A stretch of 64,000 nucleotides of DNA from Azolla caroliniana (lineage: Eukaryota; Plantae; Polypodiophyta): positions 17,050,001-17,114,000 of the forward strand of contig JBHGNT010000008.1 in NCBI GenBank assembly GCA_043228905.1, read 5' to 3'. Positions 21,345 to 33,000 of the stretch are shown piece by piece. Each line of letters begins with the position of its first letter. The first letter of the stretch is position 1. The notes beneath the pieces are model-generated. The model saw nothing but the letters and a program-made list of their open reading frames with translations. It did not search any database and was not told where the DNA came from. The translations under genes were made by a program, and so were the position numbers.

Positions 21345-24300
21345 AGCGGACTATTGAAGCATGGGGCACAAATAGTCCGAGCAATCACAAGACCCCACAA
21401 GAAAGAAGAGTGCGTGGATTGCAAGGAGAAGCAACATGTGTCACACCTAGTGGTGCATGTAAACTAGTACTACCCGACAAGAAGCACAAGCGCCGGATAC
21501 AAGAATTCGAGAAGATGCTGAAAGAAGAGAACATAATAGAAGAAAGAGAGTTTGTGACTCATATTATGGAAGAAGCCTCATTTAACGACACCATCGGCGA
21601 AATCGAGGACGTCGTGGACTTGAGCTATCTTCACAACCAACGCGTGATTTCGGTTAACTCCGTCAACATGTACACTATCATCGATGGATACCGTCGTGGC
21701 ATCTCGATGAAGGAAGCTGACATCAACACGAAATATAAAACGGTGGATAAGAAGATCAAGCCAGTTGCGGTTCCGCTACTGGAAGATAGCTGGCAAAAGA
21801 TGAAGGAAGTCGCTAACGATCCAAGCTCAAGAGATCCGAAGAAGATAGGTCATGTCTTCACCAAAGAGACGAAGGGGAAGCTACGAGTTGGAAAGGAGGA
21901 TTTCCTTCTCCCTGAAGAGGAGCGAATGTTTCGCGATATGCTTGAGAGACATGGGAAGGCTTTCGCATTCTTCCCACGAGAAATCGGATGCGCCGACCCA
22001 AAGGTTATAGAGCCGATGGTGATCTTCACGGTGCCTCATGTGCCTTGGAATTTGAAACCGATACCGGTTCCGAGAGCACACCTTCCGAAGCTGATCGAGC
22101 TCTTAAAGGAGAAGGTGAGTATGGGAATTCTAGAACCGTCGAATGCTCCTTATTCCAATAGGTGGTTCACGGTGCCGAAGAAGAATGGATCATTGCGATT
22201 CATCCAAGATCTTCAACCCGTCAACAAGGTGACAATTCGAAATGCCGGAATCGGTCCGAGCGTGGACGAATTTGCCGAAGCGTTTGCGGGCCGGTCCATC
22301 TACTCCATTGGCGATCTCTACTCCGGATATGACCAATTCCAATTGGCGATCGACAGTCGGGACATTACAACCATGAGGACTCCGATCGGGCTTGTGCGGA
22401 TGTGTACCTTACCCCAAGGCGCAACGAACTCGGTGGCTCATATGGTGAATGCCATGAATAAAGTCTTGAAGGATTGCATTCCGGACATCACGATGCCATT
22501 CTTGGATGATATTCCGATAAAAGGATGTTCGGATGAGGAGAAAGATGAATCGAAAGATAAGGAAGGTTGTAGAAAGTTCGTTGCGGATCATATGAAAGAT
22601 TGCGAGTGTCATAACTAGACTCGAACCCATAACCTTTTGTTACACGGGTCGAGACTTTACCATTAGGTTATGAATTGTAATTTGAAGGATATTATTTTCA
22701 TTTAGGTTTTATTGGGAAATTGATGTATATTCCAGATTTCTCTGGAACATTCTAGAAACTTCAGGAGTATTCCTGAAGACACTATAAAAGGAGGCGCAAG
22801 GCATTAGTTCGAACCAAATCGGTTCAACGCCATAACTAGACTCGAACCCATAACCTTTTGTTACACGGGTCGAGACTTTACCATTAGGTTATGAATTGTA
22901 ATTTGAAGGATATTATTTTCATTTAGGTTTTATTGGGAAATTGATGTATATTCCAGATTTCTCTGGAACATTCTAGAAACTTCAGGAGTATTCCTGAAGA
23001 CACTATAAAAGGAGGCGCAAGGCATTAGTTCGAACCAAATCGGTTCAACGCCAGTCTTAAGCCTTCTAACTACTGTTGTATATCTTCCGTCATATAATAC
23101 ATATATCTTTCGCATCATCATTCTCTCTCTCTCTCTCTCTCACTCACTCATTCCTTCTCTCAAAGTTCGACACCTCTCATAGTACTAATCCTTCTCTGTC
23201 TTAGTACTATTCCCCAACAATAGTACTAATCCTTCTTTTAGTACTAATTCCTTCTCTGCCTTAATAGAGTTCCTGACAGCGAGAAGGTGCTTCAAAGGCT
23301 CGAAGATGCGAATTTGACATTTTCGGGAGAAAAATCCGCATTCGGGCAATCGGAGATCTTGGTGGTAGGTCACTTGTGTGGAGCATACGGCCGGAAGCCC
23401 TCGCCATCGAAAGTGAACGCAATCCAAGACATGAAAGAAGAATGCGAAAACCAAACGGAGGTTCGAAGGTTCCTTGGAGCATGCGCGTTTTATCATATAT
23501 GGATTCCTCACTACGCTCATGTCGTCGAACCGTTATATGGACTACTAAATAAAAGAATAAAGTTCGAATGGCGAGACGAGCACACAGAGGCGATGCGAAG
23601 ATTAAAGAAACTGCTTCTTGAAGCTTCGGCACTAAGGAAGGCCGACTATGCCGAAGGGAAACCAATTTACGTGACCGTAGATACGAGCCCAACCGGAATC
23701 GGGTGGGTCATCAATCAAGAAGGTGAAGATAATGCGCGATATGCCGTCCGGTTCGGAGCAAAGGTTCTCAGCGAACGGCAACAAAGATATGCCCAAGTCA
23801 AGCGAGAACTTTGGGGTATTGTGTCGGTAGTGAAGACGGACAAAGATTACCTGATCGGGTCAGAAGTGATAATAGAGACAGATTGTCTCCCAATTCTCGG
23901 AATGGTCTCGGGATGTGCGACCCTAGATCTTGCTATGCTAAGGTGGATTGCCTACATCAAGTCTTTAAACCCTGAGATCCGTCATATTGCAGGGAAGAAG
24001 AACGCCATGGCTGACATGCTGTCAAGGGCAAGATTTTCAAATGAAAGTAACATGGTTTCGGAAGATGAAGATGTCGCCCTCGACTTCTTCAAGATTGCTC
24101 GATTGTCGGCGGAAGACCAGGACACGCAAACCCTCCACGCCTTCAACGAGAATGAGTACGAAGGAGAGTGGTTACTCATCGGTAGATTCCTAAGAACATT
24201 GACGGCAGATGCTTCGTTGACAAAGGAGGAGGCCCTACGAATCCGAAAGAAAGCTTACCGATACTTCTTGAAGGGAGGATTCCTTTGGCGACATCCAAAA

Positions 24301-25396
24301 AGAAGGACAGGAATACCACGTCGAGTGGTGGTAAAGAAAGAAGAGCAAGAGACGCTGATGACCGAATTCCACGAGAGTGCTTGGGCAGGTCATAGAGGAA
24401 CATGGGCGACGTTCGAAAAGTTGAAGGAGAAGTACTGGTGGCCAAGCATGTACAAAGATGTACTCCATTCCGTGTCCACATGCGAAACTTGCCAAGTATA
24501 TTCAAATATACGTCATCGTGATGAATTAAAGCCGACATACCCACTCACCATACACTTCAAATGGATGGTGGATCTGGTCTCGATGACAATGGGAGTGGGA
24601 CAAATGAAGTACTTAGCGTTGGCAAGGGAAGACTTGACAAATCAAGTGGAAGGACGAGCCTTGACAAATAAGATGACTTCAGCCATTTGCAAATTTCTAC
24701 TTGAAGATGTTGTTTGCCGATATGGATGTGTAGGGAAGATAGTGGCCGACCAAGGGGAGTTGGACGCGCACGAAGCAATGGAGCTCTTCGAAAGACTAGG
24801 CGTGAAGCTCTCCCTCACGACTGCCTACAATCTGGAAGCAAATGGGAAGATCGAGCGAGGGCATGGACCTATCGTTAAAGCCATCGTATGGGCATGCAAC
24901 GGTCGAGTTGGGAATTGGCCACGACTATTACCCTATGCCTTGTGGGCCGATAGAACGACACATAGCTCGGTGACAGGGTATATGCCAACGGAGCTTATGT
25001 ATGGACAAAAGCCAATTATGCCCATCAAAAGGACGATCTCCTCATGGGTAGCGATACCGTGGGAGAACGAGATGAGCCGACAACACGCATCGACTTCATC
25101 CCAAGCAGATTGAAGAAGGGGATTGGGTTTTGGTTTACGACAACACCCTTGACAATCAACACAGTACAACAAGGAAGTTCGCAAGAAGATGGTTCGGGCC
25201 GTATGTAGTGACAAGTGCCAATGATAATGCCACATACCACCTTGCGGAACTAGACGGATCAAGGTTGGCCGTACCCATTGCGGGAAAAAGAGTAAAGATT
25301 TTCAAGAAAAGACAAGACAAGGATCCTGACCTCGATTACCTCGACGATGAACATAATAGGCCGGATGAAAATGAAGACATGGAGGAATCTAATTGA
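21341..25396 (+). pseudogene. D pol (RT, RNase H, integrase) in the -1 frame; interrupted by E and frameshifted near 25080
   Basis: DLYSGYDQF, LPQG, FLDD, TVDTS, GHRG..CETC, NGKIERG, RRWFGPY; frame restored when E and one TSD copy (677 nt) are removed. Confidence 0.92.
22607..23278 (+). mobile_element. Element E: solo LTR of an A-related family with a 221-bp tandem duplication (22610-22830 / 22831-23051)
   Basis: TG..CA ends; perfect TSD GCGAG at 22602-22606 and 23279-23283; similar to reverse complement of A LTRs. Confidence 0.93.
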
Positions 25397-26495
25397 TCAT
25401 CGTAGCCGAAATCTCACTTCTTCTCTTCTTGGCACGTACGGGAGGACGTGCGGTTTGGTGGGGGTGGATGTCGTGAAGATTTTCGGCAATAGTGTGAAAA
25501 TCCCATAAAACATACGAAATCGAGTATGAATCACATAGTACAATAATTGTAAAGATAACATTTTAAATAGATTTAATATCTAAGTACAAAATGATGGAGG
25601 TTTCGAATGCACTTTATTACACGAGAAACAGACAACTAAATGTCAAGATATGAGGGTATAAAGTTTGTGAAAGGAAAAGAGAAAATTGTGAGATATCCCA
25701 CATAGGCACGACAAATACAGCTCTCATCATATATAAGGTGGAGCACAAGATATTATCTTTGTGTTTATGTGTGGAGCATAGAGAGTTCAAGGTAACTTGA
25801 ACTAAGAGTGGAGGTGGGCTAGCTACTCGTAAAGGGTTTTGGCCAACCAAAACTGGACCGACGATGGAGCCGGTGATCCGGTGACGGCATCCGGCGAGGC
25901 ACCGGTAACCGACGGTATCGGGCGACTAGATAAATAAATATATAAATATATATACATATTTACATATACAAGGAGGGCAAGTAAGGATTCAAACCTTGCA
26001 CCTCCAAGTTAGGAGTCAATTGGCTTACCATTAAGCCATGCTATTTAGTTCAAATTATATTTCTATCATTGTACTTTTACATGTAAATTCTCATACATGA
26101 GAGCTAAAATGAGTGACATGGTTATCATGCACCACATGTAATACATAAGCGTCAAATGGCAAACATGCAATTTATGCATGTCTTGTACCCTCACATGCAT
26201 CATATGCATGAGAGCATCTATAAAAGAGGGAAGGGGGAGGAGAAAAAACACGGTTTTTTTTTTTATTAAATTAAGAAGAAGAAATTCGTTATCAAATTGA
26301 TGGTGTAACTTGTTTCTTAAATCTAAAGTTAAAAGTTCAATCAATCTCTCTCAATCATTTAATCTCAACTTCTCTCTTTCCCAATCTATCTTAAGTACTT
26401 TCTCGCCAAAGCTTGTATCGACTTTGAATCCTTCCAGTCCAGAACCCCGGCGGTTCCGCCTCACGATCCGCGCGTAGTGACGGATCTTCACGACA

Positions 26496-29400
26496 ACGCG
26501 GTTTTTGCATGAATTGGCTAAGGAGACCGACCGGATAACTGAGATCGGGTCGAGTGATCGTGAGGTAGATGAGACTCCCGATGAGTTGTCGATACTGAGT
26601 CGGCTCACACGCTTTGGTGCCGGAGTTCGCATCTAGTTTGAGATTGCGATTGAGTGGGGTTGCCACGGATTTGCACTTAGTCATACCAAACTTGTATAAT
26701 AAGTTGAGGATGTAGTGCCGTTGAGAGATCATGATTCCGGCCGGATTTTGAATTACCTCGATGTCGAGGAAGTAGTGGAGCTCCTTCATGTTCGTCATCT
26801 CGAACTTGTCGGAAAGGAGGGATTTGACCTTATTGATTTTGACGAGATGCTCACCTCCAATGACTAGGTCATCCACATATAAGATGATGACGATCAGACT
26901 TCCGGAATCGCTTCGTATGTAGTGGGAGTTGTTTGATTTTGACATAAGGAATCCAATTTGATGAAGATATTGCGTTATCTTCGAATGCCAAGCACACAGT
27001 GCTTGCTTGAGGCCGTAGAGTGGCTTCTTGAGTCTGCATACAACTTTCGGATGGGTGCTCGAGTTGAAGCCAGGTGGTTGTATCATGTACACCTCCTCTT
27101 CTAATTTGCCTTGTAGAAAGGCGTTCTTGATGTCCATTTGATGGAGGTGCCACCCTTTCGCCGCGGCAAGCGCAATTACGGTCCGTACCGTCGTCATTTT
27201 TGCCACCGGGGCAAAGGTCTCTTCGTAGTCAACTCCGTGCGTTTGGGCGTAACCTTTCGCTATGAGTTGCGCTTTGTATCGGTTGACGGAATCGTCGGCG
27301 TTGTACTTCACTTTGTAAATCCATTTGCATCCGATCGCCTTTTTGTGCGGCGAGGTGGGAACGAGATCCCATGTCTCATTCTTGCGTAGTGCCTTCATCT
27401 CCTCGTTCATGGCTTCGATCCATCGCAAATCCTTGGCAGCTTTAGAAAAAGTTTCCGGCTCGCGTACTGTCACTACCTTCATCATAAAGGCATAGTGATA
27501 TGCCATGTAGTCGTTGTAGCCGAATCGGCTGACCGGATTCTTTTCACGGGTGGAGCGATGGAGCTTTTCATTTTCAGAGATGAGAGCTTTCTTAGCTCCG
27601 ATTGGTACATCGAAGCCGCCGAACTCACTGTCGAGTGAGTGAGTCGACTCATCGTCGTCGAAGCGATCGTCTTCGTATTCCGACATTTTCGCCTTGCCTT
27701 TGTCCATCTTCGGGCTAGGCCATGATGTGCTTTGATTGCTCAAAGGCTCTTGTGGTCTGCTCAAGCAGGTCATGATTGAACTTTCTTTGATCATGTGCGT
27801 AGGGAGATCTTCATCCTCAATCTCTTGTTCGGCGGATTCCGGGTCGAGCGGAGTCAGAGTCGAAGTTGTCTCCGGTGCGTACCAGGATGCAGACTCGTCA
27901 AAAACGACGTCTCGACTTACTCGAGATTTTCGAGTTGACGGGGTGTAGCACTTGTACCCCTTTTGCTCCAATGAGCATCCTACGAGGATACATTTCTCCG
28001 ACTTCGGGTCAAGATTTTGACGCTTCTCATCGGGGATGTGCACGTACGCTATCGCGTTGAATATCCGGATGTGTGATAAGTACGGCTTCTTTCCAAAGTA
28101 TTTTTCGTGCGGAATGACCTCGTGCACGCCAGATGTTGTGCATCGGTTCATTACGTAGACAGTCATATTTGCAGCTTCGGCCCAATAATACTTGGGCATA
28201 TGCTTCTCATTCATCATGGCCCGCGCTACTTCGAGGATGTGTTGATTTTTGCGCTCGGCTACTCCGTTTTGTTGCGGAGTGTGTCGGCAAGTGAATTCTC
28301 GCTGAATTCCTTCCTTTCGGAGATACGTTGTGAAATCGTCCGAGAAGTACTCCTTGCCACCATCCGATCGTAGGCATTGTACATGTCGGCCCGTGGCTTT
28401 CTCAACTTCATTCTTGAATTTTTGGAAGTTTCTGAACACTTCGCTCTTTTGCCGCATCGGGTAGATCCAAGTGTGCCTAGAGAAGTCGTTGATGAAGAGC
28501 ACGTAATATCGGCATCCGCCGAATGTAGCCGTCTGCGCCGGTCCCCATACGTCGTAATGGACTACGTCGAGTAGACCTTTGCCCACGTTCCGCTCTTTCG
28601 GGAATGGGTGTCGGTGTTGCTTGCCGAATTGGCACGCTTCGGATACACCTTCAATCTCCTTCTCTTTGAATGTCGGGAGTCTGATGACAACTCCTTTCGA
28701 TTTCATTGCTTTGAGCTTTTGGAGCTTGTGCCATAGCTTTATGTCGGAGTCGGCTTTCATGATCTTTGCGAACATGGAGGATTTCATCTTGTGTGAGTCG
28801 AGAATGAACATTCGGCCCTCTCTTCGTCCACGTGCGATGAGTCGGCCTTCTTTTTCGATGAAGCAACCGCCTTGATTAAATCGAACTTACATCCCTTGCT
28901 CTACAATTTGGCCGATGGAGACCAAATTCTTCGTAATGGTTGGTACATGCAAGACATTTTTAATGTAATTTTGCTTACCTTCTTTTTCGAACGGAACATT
29001 GCCGATGTGCTAAATCGGGTGCGTAGTGTCGTCTCCGGTTTCGACATAGCTGGGTCGGTCTGGCTCTCGAAGTTCTCGGAATCATTCTTGATGCGATGTC
29101 ATATGGTTCGAGGCACCGGAATCGACGAACCATACATCTTCCGGACCGGAGGCACTAGTTGAGGTAGCGGCCGACATAGAGTTTGCTCTATGTTTCATCA
29201 TGAACATTCCACCATGGTCGAAGTTGTGTGCATACATTCCGCTATGATCTTCGTAGTCGGAGTTGTGCCCGTACATTCCGCCACAATCTTCGTAGTCGTA
29301 GTTGTGCCCGTACATTCCGCTATACTCTTAGTAGTCAGAATTGTGCGCGTAATTCGTGAGTTGTCGGCTTGTGGAAGCCGATTCATGCATCTTCTTTCGG

Positions 29401-30070
29401 CACTCTTCTTCGTGGTGGCCGAGCTTTCCGCAATATCCGCATTCGGTTGCGTTTTGATGGCTCGGGCCGGAGTGGAAGCTCCCCTTTCTTGCAAAGGTTC
29501 CTCGTTGGCTTCCGTTTTGCGGCCGAAATTGGGAGTTGTTGTCGTAGGTCGGACCTCGTCCGCCTTGTCCTTGGCCGAATCGGCCTCTCGCTCGTCCGCG
29601 TCCTCTTCCTCCGTTCGAGTGCGTGTAGAGCATGTGGCCTTCCGACTCATTGCTCATTGTATGCACGTGGTTTTCTTCGACCAATAGCATTGATTGGAGC
29701 TCGAAGAAGGAGAGAGATTTCTCCCTTGCTAGAACGGCAGTTCGCATCGCGCCGAACCGTGGTGTGAGGCCGCCGAGGCATATTTGCACCATCTCATCAT
29801 CATCGATACTTACGCTTATTGAGTCGAGCGAGTCGCAAAGTTCCTTGATCTTCAAGGTGTATATTGTGATGGACATGTCCCTTTGTTGAATGTTGTTCAA
29901 CTCTTGGCGGAGTTGAAGCTTCCTCGTGGTCGTGTTAGCGGCGAAAATCTTTCGTAGATTTTCCCACGCTTCCTTTGGCGTCTTGGCTTCTCGAATGTAA
30001 CTGAGCATGTGGTCGTGAACACATGTCGCCAAACAATACATCACACGGCTTGCGGCTTGCTCCCATCTCG
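26496..30070 (-). pseudogene. B gag-pol middle part (gag, knuckle, protease, integrase, RT)
   Basis: CGYCGKLGHHEEEC, WFVDSGASNHM, LRSDGGKEY, PQQNGVAER, LYVDDL; several stops and frameshifts. Confidence 0.92.
29203..29352 (-). repeat. 39-bp (13 aa) in-frame tandem repeat between the B gag knuckle and protease
   Basis: Units start at 29222, 29261, 29300, 29339; peptide MYGHN(S/Y)DYED..G. Confidence 0.85.
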
Positions 30071-33000
30071 TGTTGGGATTTCGGTCCCTCCGGATGGGAT
30101 GTCCCCGGAGATAAATGACGGCAAGCCGGTTACGGTTACGGAGCCGGATGCTGAAGACCCCGGTTACGGAGCCGGATGCTGAAAACCCCGGTTACGAAGC
30201 CGGATGACGAATGTACCCGGAGAGAGATCCGGATGCGGGGACATATTTGTGAATATATTTGCCAAGAGCCCTTGAGGCTATATTTGTAAATAGCCCGAAA
30301 GTCATATGTGTATAAATATGACTTAGGGCAAACAGTTTGTTGTTGTTGCTCATTTTCTGTTTTCCACTGAGAGGAAGCGAAGTGAGAGCAGCCGAGAGAG
30401 AGAGAGGAAAAGAGGAAGGAAGAGGTCAACGCCTCTGTGTAATACCGCCGCCTGTGGCGAGGACAGCGAGCTCAAGGTCGTCGCCTTGCAGCTCGCCATT
30501 GTACATTCCCCGCGTATAGGGATAGTTGGAGTCTTGCACTCCCGTGGTTTTTTCCCATTTAGGGTTTTCCACGTAAAACATCCAATGTACACTTCTCTCC
30601 ATTGTTTTCGTGCATTCTTGTATTTCCCGCTTTCTGTGAATCAAACCTGTTCCTCGGTTGTGGCCGAGCATTGGTTTACAACAAACTGGTATCAGAGCGA
30701 CGGTAACACAGAAAATGGAAGGCGGCGGTAGTGGGCCTCCGGGCATGATGGTGTTGAACTCACAGAACTACGCCGACTGGAAGATAAAGATGGAAGACCT
30801 TCTCATCGTCCGAGACCTGTATGAACCGATCGACAATGCCGAGATACCCAAGGGGGTAATAGAGTCGGAGTGGAAGCTCCTAAACCGGAAAGCCGTAGCG
30901 ACAATCCGGCAATATGTCGATGTAAGCGTTCTACAACATGTGGCGAACGACACCAACGCATATGAGATGTGGAAGAAGCTGTCGGGACTCTACGAGAGGA
31001 AGAATGCGTTGAACCGGACCTCCCTGATGAGGAAGATAGTGAACCTCAAGTACCGGGACGGCGAGAATATGGTGGAACACGTGAGCACGTTCATGGGATT
31101 CGTGAACCAGCTTGCGGCGATCAAGTTCCCGTTGGAGGATGCAATGCAAGCCATCATTCTGATGTGTACATTGCCGGACAGCTGGGAGAACTTGGTGGTG
31201 ACTCTCAGCACCTCCTGCACCGAAGATAACTTGTCCCTACAAACGGTAAAGACAAGTATCTTGAACGAAGAAGCGCGTCGGAGAGATAAAGAACCGGCCT
31301 CCGACTCGAAGGCGCTGGTTACCGAATCGGAACGGGGAAGACAATGGAACCGGAGTCCGCAAAGACGGGAGAAGTCGGGGACCCGGTCGCAGTCAAGAGG
31401 AAGACCCACATGCTTCCACTGTGGGAAGCCGGGGCACTTCCGGAAGAATTGTCGGCATTACCGAAAGGACAACGGAGCCGACGACACCGATTCGAAGAAG
31501 TCACCGGAGAGAAACGGTGCATACCGGGGACCCACGGATCGTGGAGGTCCGGATCGGCGAGGGCAGGACCGGAAAGGAACGACGGCACTCGCGGCAAGTG
31601 AAGAAGAGATAATGCTCATTACCGAAGAGAGGGAGCTGAACCTTGCCGGTGAAGAGATGACCTGGGTGGTCGATTCCGGAGCGTCGTTCCACCTGACCCC
31701 GGAGAAGAAATACTTCTCATCCTACACAGCCGGTGAGCACGGCTGTGTCCGGATGGGAAATGAAGGTACATGCCGGATTGCCGGCATAGGAGACGTGTGG
31801 CTGATGACATCAACCGGATGCAAGATGCTGCTGAAGGATGTTCGACACGTTCCGGAGGTTCGATTGAACCTGATTTCGGCCGGGAGGCTAGACGATGAAG
31901 GCTACACAGGTAGCATCCGGAACGGCGTAATGAAGTTCAGCAAGGGGAGCCTGATAGTGGCTCGGGCCCGGAAAGCCAACACACTGTACCTTATGAATGC
32001 CCGGTTATGTCCGGAAGAGCTGAATGTGGCAGCCGACACTGCCGGTGAGCTGTGGCACAAGAGACTGTGCCACATGAGTGAGAAGGGGATGAAGAGGCTT
32101 GCAGAAGACAACCTTATTCCAGTGAAGCATGTGCACCTGGAGAAGTGCACCGATTGCCTGGCCGGTAAGCAGAACCGAACCTCCTTCCACTCAAGACCAC
32201 CGATGAGACGTAGTGTACCATTGGAGTTGGTACACACTGATGTGTGTCAGGTAGAAACGAAGTCACATGGCGGAGCCCAGTACTTCGTAACATTCATAGA
32301 TGACCATAGCCGGAAGCTGTGGACGGCACCGTTGAAGACAAAGGACCAAGTATTGTCTGTCTTCAAAGAACTCCACGCGAGAGTGGAAAGGGAATCCGGC
32401 AAGAAGCTGAAAGCGATACGAGCGGATAACGGAGGGGAATACCGGGGGCAGTTCCAGGAGTACTGTCGCTCGAAGGGAATCCGGCTCGAGTTTACTGTGC
32501 CGAAGACGCCGGAACTGAACGGGCTGGCGGAGAGGATGAACCGGACCATAATGGAGAGGGTCCAGAGTATGCTGGCACATGCGAAATTACCCAAGGGATT
32601 TTGGGCTGAGGCAATGTCGACGACGACGTATGTGATAAATAGATCACCCTCAGTACCTTTGGACGGAGACACGCCGCAGAAAGTGTGGACCGGTAAGGAA
32701 GTGTCCTACCGGCATCTGAAGGTGTTTGGGTGCCTCGCATATGTGCATGTGGCCAAGGACCGGAGAGGAAAGCTAGATCCAAAGACCCGGCCATGCATAT
32801 TCCTCGGTTACGGCGATAACGAGTTCGGCTACCGAGTATGGGACCCGGTCGACAAGAAGATATTCCGGAGTCGTGATATCATCTTCATGGAGAACAAGAC
32901 ACTCGCCGACTGGGAGTCGGAGAAGAAGATGAAGAGCTCCAAGTCGACCGGTGAGGATCAACTCTACGAGGAGCAGTCCCGACCGGCAAGGGACCGGTTA

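Larger units (their letters stand above)
18051..26495 (+). mobile_element. Element D: Ty3/Gypsy (no chromodomain seen), tRNA-Trp primed
   Basis: LTRs 18051-19078 and 25469-26495 (~99% identical by eye); 12-bp terminal IR tgtcgtgaagat/atcttcacgaca; PPT ~25455-25468; flanks ACGA/ACGC. Confidence 0.95.

Noticed and set aside
30658-30714. Upstream start of the F ORF given by the ORF track
   Set aside because: Lies in the LTR/PBS; the first ATG after the PBS is 30715
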